Assembly: GCA_965655095.1 (NCBI GenBank)
Contig: OZ296649.1
Span: 133,672,001-133,736,000, forward strand
DNA: 64,000 nucleotides
DNA from: Haplodiscus bocki
Lineage: Eukaryota
Direction: 5' to 3'
In this document: in pieces, positions 36,300-48,830 of the stretch
How positions within the stretch are numbered: position 1 is the stretch's first letter
Layout: each line of letters opens with the position of its first letter
Notes under the pieces: generated by a model
What the model was told of the DNA's origin: nothing
The model's input: only the letters and a program-made list of their open reading frames with translations
Databases searched by the model: none
Made by a program: the position numbers and the translations under genes

Positions 36300-39200
36300 T
36301 GGTCTGCCGACCCGCATTTTTTTAAGACGAGCCAAAAATCCAAATACCAAAATGCAGTCGAAATGTGAAAGTGGAAGTCCGGACGAAATCAAGAAAATGG
36401 TATGAGTGAGAAGGGAGATACAAGCGTGTCTTCACGAAGTTGGAAAGATGTCTTGATCAGTTGATTGCCAGCCCTATAGCCAACACCTACGCGCTATGTG
36501 GAGCGGAGGCATGTCTATCAAGTCTCACCATGAAATACAATGTGATTTAGAAATTGGATTCTGAAATAGTTTTGGACACTAACGAGGAGCAGGATATTCC
36601 GAACGAAATGGAAGCTCAGAGCAAAATCAAACCGTCTATAACCGTGAAAATATCCCGATTAGCAGCAATTATTGCTAATTTTGGGTCAATCCACACCAAT
36701 GAAACTAGCGGAACATCAACTTCATCACGCCAAGATTATTCCCAAAGCAAGTTAAGATTACCAAAGTTACAACTCCCAACTTTTAGTGAGTCTTACACAG
36801 ATTGAAAATTCTTCTTCGACTTATTTAGGGCTTCAGTGGACTCCAACAGCCAGCTTAATGGATCAGAAAATTGAATTATCTAAAGGCATGTTTGAAAGGT
36901 GATGCAGCAAAATTGGTTAGTTCAATGTCAGTAACAGATATTAACTACAGAAATGCTCTCGATTTGATCATCCAACGTTATCAAAACAAGCGCAGCATTG
37001 TCATAGCAAATTTTCAGGCTTTATGTGCACAACCAGTCCTGAGAAAAGTATCAGCAGTTTGCCTCCGACGAATTTTGCAGACAAAGGAAAATTTGCAGGC
37101 GCTTGAGGAACTTGGCCAACTCGTAGAGCACTGGGATGCAGTGTTAGTGTAATGGGTGTCTGAGAGACCTGATGTAAAGTCTCGCAAGCAGTGAGAATTC
37201 AGCCACCCTGCAACACGTGGGACCAATTGTCCAAATTTTTGGACACAAGAAGCATTGAACTCGAAAAGGTTTCCGATATAGCGGTTCCCCCCATCCACAA
37301 AAAACAGCGGAGCTTCCTAATGGTCGGATCCAAGCTTACTCGACGTCTCGTGTCTGCACTAAAATTTCAGACACAGAGCACAAGCTTCTCCATTGTCCTC
37401 AGTTCGGAAAAATGGAACTGTCTGAAAAACTCAACTTCATCAAAGATTAAAAACAGCGTAGTTGAACTGTCTACAAGTCGGTCATTCAGGACAGACAGGC
37501 CCATCGAAGCACACGTTTCGTGAGTGCAATTTAAACACCCACACAATGTTGTATCGAAGTAAACCGCCTTTCACTCAAGCACCTTCAAAATTGACATCAG
37601 ATGAAATGAAAATGAAGGTCAAAGCTGAAGAAGCACCCGACACGCTCACAAACGATGTTACACTGGGTCACTGAACTGCAGCACCCTACACCAATGCCGT
37701 TCTCCTGGCCACAGCCTTCGTGAAAGGGCAAGATTCAAGAGGTAATGACATACAATTACGAGCATTGCTTGATTCAGAATCCCAAGCAAGCTTTATTACT
37801 GACTGCAAGGCGAACTCCCTAAAGCTACAAAGGCGAACAGGTCAAGCCACCATCACTGGATTGGGGGCTCATAAGAGATTTGAAAAAACGAGTGGGATTG
37901 ATCCTGTTATTCTTAATGCGGACATTGAAGCCATTTTGTACATACTCCCAAAAATTACAAGTTGCGTTCCCACTGAGCAACTTGACATCTCAGAGATACG
38001 TCATAATCACAATCTTCAATTAGCCGACCCCGAATTCAGAATACCAGCAGGAATTGACATCCTTTGGGGAGCTGAAGAAGTTATGCTAGAAAGCAGGATT
38101 AAGGACACGGAAGTGATCATCAGAAAGACATTGTTTGGTTGGATTGTGTCAGGGTGAGTCATGCATACTTACGGGTATCACAAAGACTTTTCCACAAATG
38201 AGGCATCACTCAATGCTTTTGCGAGCAGAGAACAACGAACAAATTTGGGAGCTTGAACAGAAAGCATCTGACAGAAGAGGAAGCTCAATGGGAAAATCAT
38301 TTCATTTTAATCTCACTACAAAACGCGAGGACGATGGGCGAGTTTCAAATGCCCTTTAAGGATGACTAAAAACAGCTGGCATTCATCACAAGCCTAGCAC
38401 TAAAGCGGTTTCTCAGCCTTGAAACAACTCCGAAAGGAAACCACGCTGCACCAAGAATATTCCAAATTCGTTAAAGAGTTCACTGATGTTGGGCATTTGG
38501 AAATCGTTCTTAAAGCAGATCTCCTCAATCCTCGCCCTCCTCTACCTACCACATCACTGTGTGCAAAAGGGTGATATTACCACGACAAAGTTCCATGTAG
38601 TGCGTGTAGTATTTGATGACAGCGCGAACGCGACAAGAATATCCTTGAATGATAGCTTGTTGGTTGGTCCAAAGATACAAGATGACCTTTTATCACATAG
38701 TTATACGATTTCGGTTCTTCAAAATTCCAATTAGCGCAGAAATCGGAGAGATGTATAGGCCGATAGAATTGGACAATAATCAAAACGACTTTCACCGGAT
38801 ACTCTGGAGAGAATTGCCGTCCCAACCCATTGAAACATACAGAAGGACTCGCGTTACAGCTACTCATATCACGCAATTCGATGTCGGCAGGAGTCTGCAA
38901 GGCAAGAGAACATCACGCTTCAAACCAAGGATGTTATCGACAGACATTTTTATGTCGATGATATCCTCACTGGTGCTGCATCCAAAACTAAAGCGAGAAA
39001 ACTCCACAGATCCATGTTTGACACTCTCAAGCAAGCATTCTTTTGAGCTCAGGAAACGGACATGTAGCAATCCATCTATTGTATTGGACCTTCCGCATAA
39101 ATACAGAGAGGCAAATGAAGACTTAAAAATACTAGATGTGGACCATACAATCAAGACGCTCAAGACGTTGGGCATAACGTGGAATCCATCCTGCGATGTA

Positions 39201-39480
39201 TCCAGTTTTCACCTATCTCAGCTTGAAGAAGATTTGGGGAGGATTAACATGATTACAAAGCGCAGAATGCTCAGTAAAAATGCGAAGACTTTCGATCCAC
39301 TGAGGTCGTTGTCGCCTGTCAGAGTAAAGTTGAAGTTAAAGTGGAGTGTAGCAAACATGTTCAGCCATTATTCACTGGGATGAACCACTGGCCCATAATA
39401 TTCGTGATTCTTATCTTCAATGGAGGGCTACACTATTCACGGACCAAACTAAGCCAAATTCACGGAAAGTATCTCCCCTA
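36300..39480 (+). mobile_element. decayed BEL/Pao retrotransposon gag-pol, truncated before RNase H end and integrase
   Basis: LPKLQLPTFS and YLKACLKGDAAKLV (DUF1759-type gag), RALLDSESQASFIT (protease), YLPHHCV...RVVFDDSA, HFYVDD (RT), KTLGITWNP, ITKRRMLS...FDPL (Pao A17 region). Confidence 0.92.
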
Positions 39481-39519
39481 TCCCTGCCCTCCCTAATAGC
39501 ACTTCCTTCCTCAATTTTC

Positions 39520-40102
39520 GGGCAAAGTCCACTTCACTGTAATGTTCATCCCAACAACAAGGAATGCAAAAGAAATTAACGTGCTCAAAGAATGATGTAT
39601 GTTTCAGAACTATTACTTCACCCCTAAAAGGATGTCTTCAATGAAAATGTACTCTTTACGTTACACGTTCCATAATTTAATCAAATCTTCTAATAATTTG
39701 CCAAAGTTTCGGTTGCTGCTGTAAATCAACTATAAATCAGCGCGATAAAAGTTTGAAGTTATTAAATGTAAAAGAAGTCATTGAAAAATGCGAATTCGCG
39801 GGGACACGTATCTGCAACCAATCAGATTGCAGTACGTGCTCAATCTAGTCACTCTTGTTCGTGCGTGGCTACAATTGACTAAAAAACATCCACAAAAAGT
39901 GATCGATTCAACTATTTGTCTGCTGTTGTGCATTTTCGCATTTGATTTTTGCCTGCAAGTAAATAAAAACTTTTTTTATAAAATGTGTTTTGCTGGAAAA
40001 TTTCAGTAGGTCTGCCGTGTGGAAGTTCAATAGTTCAGCCCCGAGGATTGCTGAAGGGGGTGAAACTCGTAGAAACAACGAATTTAATTATCGGGCAGTT
40101 CA
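39520..40102 (+). repeat. direct repeat, right copy
   Basis: Near-identical to the left copy for the first ~250 bp and more diverged afterwards. Confidence 0.85.
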
Positions 40103-43100
40103 ATCGTGTTTCTTTTACACACAAGTTTTGCCAATAATTTACACAGAGGCGAAGCTGTGCTTCGCAAGATTTGCCTCAACGGAATACTAGAGAACAAATG
40201 GACTAAATATTAATGATTTTTGAAGGCCGCACGATACTACGAATACTAATGATAGCAAGTGTACATAAACTCAGTTAATTCTTTTATATTTATATAAAAG
40301 AACGAATCGCTATGAAATTTCATTCGCTCGATATTTTAAATAAAAATACTAATTCTTAAGCACCAATGGAACAATCAGGAGAGCATGCGACAGAGGCGCC
40401 AGATGTCCCAATTTCGATCCAAAGATACTCCTCTCTCTGGTCAAAAGAAGGGCACTTGTGAACGGATCGGGAAAAGAATTCGAAGACTGTGATATGACAC
40501 TTGCTTGCCCAGGTGTAACTAGTAAAATTAATAGAATTTATGCTTGAATTTTCAAATGAAGAGTTTCTATAGATCGGCACAAAAATATGCCAGAGCTAGC
40601 CGGCCGTCTTGTTAAACTTCCCTTTGGTTTACAGCGTTATCTTGAAAATAAAAACTTTTTAAAACACTAAGGACTCACGCTACGAGTATTTTGAGCCTTA
40701 ATAAGCAAAAGCGGCAATAAACGATAATTTTCTAAACGATCAGTACACAGACACACTCTTAGTGACTAAAAGTATTCACCGAGACTATTCATCAATTTCA
40801 ATTGAGGTATCAATTAATTACTCGGAATGGTAAGGTGTAGCTGCTTGTGCAGCAGGCCAAGTAATACCAAGCATTTTCCAGGCTGACATTGAGTATTGGG
40901 TAAGTCGGGTGAGAAGCTTGGAGGGCATCATGGCCCCGAAGTCAGACATTCTGAGAGTAAGATAGCCGGTGGGTCCACAGCAGCGTCTAGTCAACAGTCG
41001 AATGTGTTTCATGCACTGAGAATACATGACCCGCATTGGTGCTTCACTTGACAACACTGGCAGCAACAATGGGCAATGTTGCAATTCTGACAATTCACCT
41101 CACAAGTTACATCCCAACCCGATGACGTTACACTTTGAGGAAGCTGAGTATTTACATGTATTACAGAAGAACTAGTTTCAAAGTTCATCAATACCTGAAG
41201 GAGACAAATACATACAGCTGCGTTTCTACACGGGTGTTCAATTTACATAACGCTTGTTAACGAATGAGCAGATGGAAACGGCATGCCGTATACTTTCGTG
41301 CCGCTTTTCAGACGGCTCATGAAAAGCCGTACATGGCAAATGCCGAGAATTGCTGTTCTATCGAGCTGAAACAGTAATGAAATCAAAAAAAATTTGGTTT
41401 AACAATTCTCCCTATATCATCGGCAGAGCAGGCAGACCAAAAACATTTTTTAAAAATAAAAGTTTGTTTTCGCAAATGTCGGAAGCCATTGAAAGCGCTA
41501 CTTTAGCAAAATGAATGTCAACACTCATCTCACAAAATTGAAAAATGCTTCAAAAAGCTCTTTAAACCTGCTGCGTCCGGCGTCGTATACGGTTAACGGC
41601 AGAGTGAAAACTGCATACTGTTAGCTTGGCTGCGAACAGCAAATTACCCATCCCGGCTACTGAGTTGCTGCAAATTTCAGCAGATACATCTGAACTACAG
41701 CTAAATCCTATCAAAAGTTATGATCGATGAACATGCAATAAACGATTAGAAAACATTTTCACGTCCCAGTGCTTTCTCTTCGCTCTCGAAGTTTTAAGGA
41801 CTCGTAGATTGTGTAGAAACAAAAAAATTATATATACAATTTGCTGTTTTAACCAAAAATCACAATTTTTTTTACACAACGCAAAACAGTACCCGCTTTC
41901 TTCTTTCACAAAATAATTTAGTGAACTGCTTTTGATAAAATTTAAGTTGATCGGACAACAAACTTTGGTAATTATGGAATAAGGGGTCCGTTTGTTTTTC
42001 ATGAGTAGAAAATGGCGATTTTTGATTTTTCGGGGATAGAAAAAAAACAAACTTTGCTTTTTTTCCAAAGAAAATTCACCTAAACACCAAATGAGTGTTT
42101 TTGAAGTTTTGCCATTTCTGCGTTCTTAAATGTTTCAAGTTCTGTAAATTTTCATGTGATATGCGCCCGAAATTTTATTGATCGAAAGCTTGTTCAAAAA
42201 ATGAGACCGGTTATTAAATAAACATTAAAATGCTTATTTTTAGAAACAGTCAATCGCAACATACATTGACTTCACTCTGACGATCCGAAACAACACATCA
42301 TTGATCTGACGCAATGTTCTATTTTAGATGACAGGGCGGCACCTTTGCAGTATGTTAGTATGTTCACATTCTTCAAAAATCAAATCAGCGCCAAAAACGC
42401 AGCAGCTAATTTTACGATATTACAGTGCTCTCGAACAACGCCATCATTCTCCAGCGAATCACTTTTTGGGGGTTAAACATGAAATAACATCATAAGTTAT
42501 GATTCATTACTGCTTGCTGCGTCTGTTATGACAATTTAAGACGACCTTTAAGTACTTAAGCTAATTGCACATTGTCATATTTTGACCCGACAACGAACTT
42601 CGGATCAACTTAGCGTCAAAACTGAGGTCACATGATTAGGGTGGTAGCTAGGCAAAGCCCACATTCGATTAGTAACATTTTAATGTATATGGAGTTTACT
42701 TGCGATACAAACATATTGTTTTTGTCGGTTTAAGGTCACGACCGCAACTGTCAAACGCGCACTGCCAGGAAGATTATGAAATAAAAACAAGAGACTGATA
42801 ATTCGACTTAATTTGCTTCGTTTTCGTTTGACAACAGAAAACAATCGAAGAACCGGACACTCTGCATAAAGGCTGAAGCTCTTCAGAATTCAATCGAATT
42901 AATTGTCAATATTTCACACAGTTCGGCTCACCACATACACACTTCTGATATCATCATATAAAATAGTCTTGACTCAATGTATTTTAATTCATTTTTGTCA
43001 AAAACTCAAGCTTAGTATTTCGAGGACAATTCGAGCGAATCTCACGCGATTTTTCAAAAGGAGTTTGCTAGTATGAGTGAAATTGATGAAAATCATTACC

Positions 43101-44290
43101 AATTCTTGGTAATTCTTGGTAGCAGGAGTAATTTTCGAAGTGACTAAAAAGAAAAAGAACTTGCACTCAGCTTTCGCCGCCGTGAAACTTTTCAGGATCT
43201 TGGTTTCAACTCCACGCACAAGAATTCTTCTTTCAGCCAAAATTTGCAGCAGACAGTCGAAAGAAGAATGTAAAATTAGTGGCGTTTCGGTTAAGCCACT
43301 GCTTCCAATAACAATGTTAAATTTTTTGTTATCTCATTTCTGCATCTCGAAGCTGCTAAAGATTTATCTAAGCAGGAAAAAGTGGAGAATCTTTGCATAG
43401 ACATTTACTCATTATTGAATGAAAATAAAGATTTACGTCTAAAACACTCAAGATTGTCACAAGTTTTGGTTGAGGATTCTAATGGATAAATTGTTCTACT
43501 CGTAGAAAGAACAGAATATGCAATTAAGATGGATGAATGTATAGAATAAAGAGGAGCAGCGACGTCGGCGGCTGTTTTTACGGAGCGGTAGTCAAGAAGA
43601 CGGCGCCGGCTAATGCAAAGTGGAAAACATGTAGTCTTCATGGCATCTATGATGGCCCAAAAAAAGAACAAGCATCCAATTGATGCATAGTCAAGTATTA
43701 AGTATCGCCGTATCATTCCTTGATAGACAACGAAAATTTAACACTACAGAAGGTTGGGTTGGGGTGGGGAGATGTAAGCTCTTAGGTCGGTGGGGTAGAT
43801 GGGAAGGTTTGGGTAAGCTTGGAAAGCGTAGTGAAAGGGGCGGTTTAACGGCTGGATAGGAATCCGGAAAGCAAGGACGGGTAAGGAGGTCATTATAGTA
43901 ATGCTTGTTGGAAAATGTGTATCAGTCGGTGTGACACGAATTAAAGCTACTACTAACAATTTCACAGAAACTGTCTCTTTCTACTATTATATGTATATAA
44001 AATGAGAAATCAAATGAAATATTGCTTCTGTCTACTCTATATTACACTGGCGGATACTGGAAACAAAAGTTGGGAAAGGTAGGTTAGTTTTACACACTAC
44101 AGATTATTGCAGAAATTATGAATTTACCAGTCGTAAACAACAACAAAAACAAAAAGAAGAAACCATTAATAATATCATATAATAATAATAAACTAATATA
44201 GGAAAGGGAAAAAATCCAAAGATGAAGGTAGGTCAGACCAGCCAACAGAACAGAAGGTATCCAGATGACGTCACTGCATTACCTAATCTG

Positions 44291-45329
44291 TCACGTGGTG
44301 GCAGAAGACTCTTCGCTGAAGGAATCGGCAGCTGTATGCAGCATAATGTGACTGTGGTTGCTCTGAGACTGTGGAGGTTGGGCCTGATGCGACGGGGATT
44401 CCGATGACGTCATCTGTGTTGCATACAAGGTGTCAGGTATTGAGAAACTGGATCCTCTGATGATACGTGCGTCACGTGAAAACACTTCAGGTGGAAACGC
44501 AGTGTCGTGGAAACACCTTGGATTTGCTACTACATGTTGGCTGTGATGAACATTAATATTGGTGTCCTCTTCTGCTGAGGAAGCATGGCTGCTGTTTGAA
44601 GTCCAATGATGGTAGATAGAATAAGAGTTAGTACTAGTAGAATTTGAAGATATTTGGGTTAGCGGTAATTGAGTTGATGTAGTAGTAATACAAGTGTTTG
44701 TAGAAGCAGCAAAAGGAGCAGAGTCTAATTCATGCATCATCCTTAAAGGACAAGACCTCAAAAGTTGCTCTGTCCCGCAAACAGGCTCTCCTTCTATAGA
44801 AAAGGACACCGGTTTATGACTGGCACACTTAGGACTGGCTCCACTACGTTTATTTAAATCGCACACACTTCCTGTAGACATGGACATATTAATTTGTTGA
44901 CTTTCTGAAGCACCTGGGGAAGACGTGGACCACTCAGAAGACTTGGTTAGAGTGATGTCTAGGGAGCCCGCGGATATTTTTCTGTGAGAAGTATCACTGC
45001 ATAAGTTCAAAGTTGCAGCTCTACTTGAGCCAGAACTGTATTTCTTGTTCTGGCCCACAAATTTACCGGCCACAGCACTTCTATTTCGAAACAATTTTGA
45101 AGCACCTGAGCGCAGAGATAACGAGAATTTGTTGCCCATAGAGGGCGTGTTGGATCCGGGGCTGAATTTGGACAGATCTGAGACGGAGGATGAGGTTGTA
45201 TCTGGGTTAGAAGCAGAGTTACTCAAAGTCCTTCTCACATCTTCTTTGTTGTTGCAAGTATTTCCACCCCCGAGAACCTGCATCAGTCCTCCCCCGTGTT
45301 TTGTGAGAAAATTTCCAACGCCTCCAAAC
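44291..45329 (-). CDS. terminal coding exon of an unidentified gene, Ser/Thr-rich and probably disordered
   Basis: About 1.04 kb of stop-free frame after a good acceptor tggtttttcag|GTTTGGAGGC (FGGVGNFLTKHGG...), with higher GC, ending in TGA. Upstream exons were not found in this window. Confidence 0.7.
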
Positions 45330-45979
45330 CTGAAAAACCAAGCAAATATGTAACAAGACGGCCGGCTACCACTGGCATGTTTTCCACCCAATTGCAATAC
45401 ATTATGATCAGCATTTGCAAACGTTTCAAAAAACCGGAAAGTGTTCAAAATCTAGTGTTCTAAGAACATGATATCTACCATTTCTTTATGCATTATCAAT
45501 TTCTTAAGGCTCCGAAGCAGAGTACAGAGTCCACTATATTGTTTGGAATAACTCAAAACTAAAACCATGTCGAGTCAGACCTTGATTGTTAAAATCCAGC
45601 TGGAAGATTTGAAAAAAAAAGAGTTTAGGAATCGATAAAACCACTACATTCGCACTTTTTTGGCCAACTAGATTCGCAATGCAAGGAACATATTCCGCAA
45701 TATGTTAATCGAGAAACCATCCTCACATACAAGACTCGACGGAGATCTAAATGGAAGAAGTCCAGCCGATAGTTTCGAAAAAAATGAGTTTGATTATCTA
45801 AAAGATCATACAAATGAACAAATTTTAGCATTTTAGTTCTTTCAAGCTTCCGGTGCGAGAAAGCTATCTCAATATAACAAGAGGCGCAGTCGCACTGCCA
45901 TACTTTCCGTCAATATGGCGGATAAAAAATTGGTCGAACAAACAAATCATTCTTACACGTAAGTCAAACTTGACCAAAA

Positions 45980-48330
45980 AAATCTCCATGGAGATCTTGT
46001 GGAAAGAATTCAAGCCGATTGCTTTAGTGATTAATCAAATTGAAAATCGACATACAACGTTAATAGCACCTTTTTGCATGTTCAGCATGTCAACATTCCA
46101 TTCTAAGGGACACAGTCAGAATTTGTTCCATCTAAGAAACATCCAAAAAGATGTCACCGTCAATTCAGACCTTGATAGACGAATTCAAAAATTTTGCTTT
46201 GGCGAAGGTCGAGTTGGAATATCCATATAATTCAACACTAAAAGAACTTTTGCCACATTTGGTCAATCAAGACTTCAAGTCCGATGTAAAAGACAAAATT
46301 CATGATTTTAGGAACGAACAGTCTGCTTCAAGTAGAAAGCCATCGATTAACACCTTGAAGGGAAAATGAAGCAGGTAGAGCTGAAGAAATATGAGATTGA
46401 CTTTCGAGGCATGTCAAGACCAACGGCACTTTCTGCCAATTCTGGTCACTCAGAAATCCACTGAACGGATGAGCAGTAACATTTTTTACTGGAATAATGC
46501 AGCAAAAAAAATAAAGATTGAGACTTTGAAGGAAGAACTCAAGGCAGTATTTATGAAGAAAAACGAGTTTGAAAATCGAGTTCAGTCCAGATTGTCAGAT
46601 TATAAGAACTTCTGGCGACTTCAATTCCAAGATTTCAATGCACGATCAGGATTGAAAGTGTTGTAAGCCAATTTTCCTCCGAGAGGAGACACTTTTCGAT
46701 TACAACCTTTGGTGGAATGAATCAAGCCTGCAGTTACGGAGATACATGCGTTTGAATGAAGAGATTTTTCAACATTAAGAGTACTTTTGGCATTCTCCGA
46801 CATTCAGGGTTGCGACACAATGGACGCATTCAATAATGATCAAATCGAGTAGTCTACCACAAAAACAAAGATTGAGATCTTGCAGCTAGAAGTCAAGTCA
46901 AAGGTTTTGGGGAACTAGTCGTTGGAATTGATAGGAAAAATTGTTTAAAAAAATCATTAGCAGTTATCTGGCATTCCTGAACTAACAATATTCCAATAGA
47001 AAAACCTAAATGTTTGCTTTCAGCAGCCAAATTACCTCTGCAGCAAAAGGTCTATCGATTTAGAACTTCATGAAGGAAGTTAGACGGGTAGTTAGGGAGA
47101 AAAGTGTTTAAGTCTCGAGATGAATCAAAACTAAAAGATCACTTTGAAAAGTTCGGACAATAACACATGTAATTTCACAATTGGAGGAACACAGAAAACA
47201 ACTTCTAAATCTAATTCTCCTCAAAAAGTAATAACTCTTCGATTGAGACCTTGAAGGAAGAATTACGCCTGTAGTTAGAGAAATTTGAGATTGAATATGG
47301 TGATGGATCAAAATTGTTAGCACAATCCGATTCTTCGGAAAATCAAAACTCTGAGGCAACGATCAAAATGATTTATATAAATGGATAAAACTGTTAAGGT
47401 TTCAAGCTTTCGATTGAGACCTTGCTGGAAGAAACTAAATCTATAGTTACAGAGAAAATTAAGATCGAATATCGACATAAGTGAAAAAAAATTCGATTTT
47501 TGGGAGTGGCCGGACTTTGATCCAAAAACCGAGCTGACTGAAAAATGAATCTAATCCTTCTCTCTAAGTGCAAGGTTGCTGATTGTGACCCTCATGAAGG
47601 AAATCAAAATCGTAGTTAGGGAGAAACAACAATTCGATAATCGAGACGAATCATTTTTAAAAACAACATCCTGGAATTTTTGGACTATCATGATTTTGAT
47701 ACAAGGATCAATACCAAGAAATTTTTAATCGAACGCTCCTCTACAGGAGTAAAGCTTTATATCGAGACATTGCTAGGAGAAATTAAGCCTGGAGTTAGAG
47801 AGAACAATGAGATTGAATATCGACAAAAGTCAATAAAATAAAGAAATCGATTATTGGGAGTGTCCGGATTTTGATGCAAAAAAACGAAATGACTGACATT
47901 CCAATCGAATCCTTTTCTCTCAGTACAAAGTTGCTGATGGTGACCCTCATGAAGGAAGTCAAAACTGTTGTTACGGAGAAACACCATTACGATAATCGAG
48001 ATGATTCATTTTTGGTAACAACTTTCTGGAAACTTTGGACTATCAAGATATCGATGCAAGGATCAATATCAATAGTTTTTCAATCGAAACCTCCTCTAGA
48101 GGAGTAAGAGTTTCAATTGACACCTTGCTGGAAGAAAATAAGCCAGTAGTTGCTTAGAAAATTCAGTCTGAACAACGAGATATTAACGAAGATGGCATTT
48201 TTCAGAATTTTTGGACTATGGGATTCTGACGCAAGACACAAAACCAGCGATTTTTCAAAGTAGAACTATTTTATTGGTAGAATGAGTCCTAATTGAAAGA
48301 ATTGAGCCTCATATTCATGGAGAAAAGTGA
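45980..48330 (+). repeat. ancient ~175-bp tandem repeat, about 13 copies, with a ~350-bp dimer at the right end
   Basis: attgagaccttg..ggaagaa.t.aag...gtagtta..gagaa....gagattgaa.atcga recurs near 45988, 46163, 46346, 46517, 46699, 46871, 47058, 47242, 47413, 47585, 47760, 47936 and 48115. Confidence 0.8.
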
Positions 48331-48751
48331 GTTGCAACCCAGGAAACTCAAAACTAATTGCGCTTCTAGGTAATCCCTCAATCTGGGGATCACAGAACGA
48401 CATGTTCCAGTAAAAGTATTTTCCAATTAATATCACATTTTCAAACCCCGGAGAAACAAAAGCAGCGAAAAAAGCTATATATCCAAAAAATGAAAAGGTT
48501 CAGATTTTTACACTTTTAGTTAAATTTTTGACCGATTTATACACTTTTAACACTCCCGGCTTTTTTGGATAATCAGAAAATCAGGAAAAATTTTTAAAAA
48601 GGTTGAGACAAGCCGATTTTGTTTTTAGTTGCGTCAGAAAGTGGATAGTTTCGAGACTCCACCCATCAAAAAACACCCTAAATTTTGTCGACAAAACCCT
48701 GTTTTTTGGTTAAAAAAAAGAATGGGTTTACGAGTATCTAAAAATAAGTAA

Positions 48752-48830
48752 AAAACATAGCAGATACCGGGAATCGAACCCTCCATTTTCAGCTTCCTAA
48801 CCGCGGTGACGCCCACACATTTGCATTAAG
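48752..48830 (-). other. Pol III B-box-containing tRNA-like relic or SINE
   Basis: Minus strand reads GGTTCGATTCCCGG (perfect B box / T-loop) followed by tatctgctatgTTTTT. No full cloverleaf. Confidence 0.35.
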
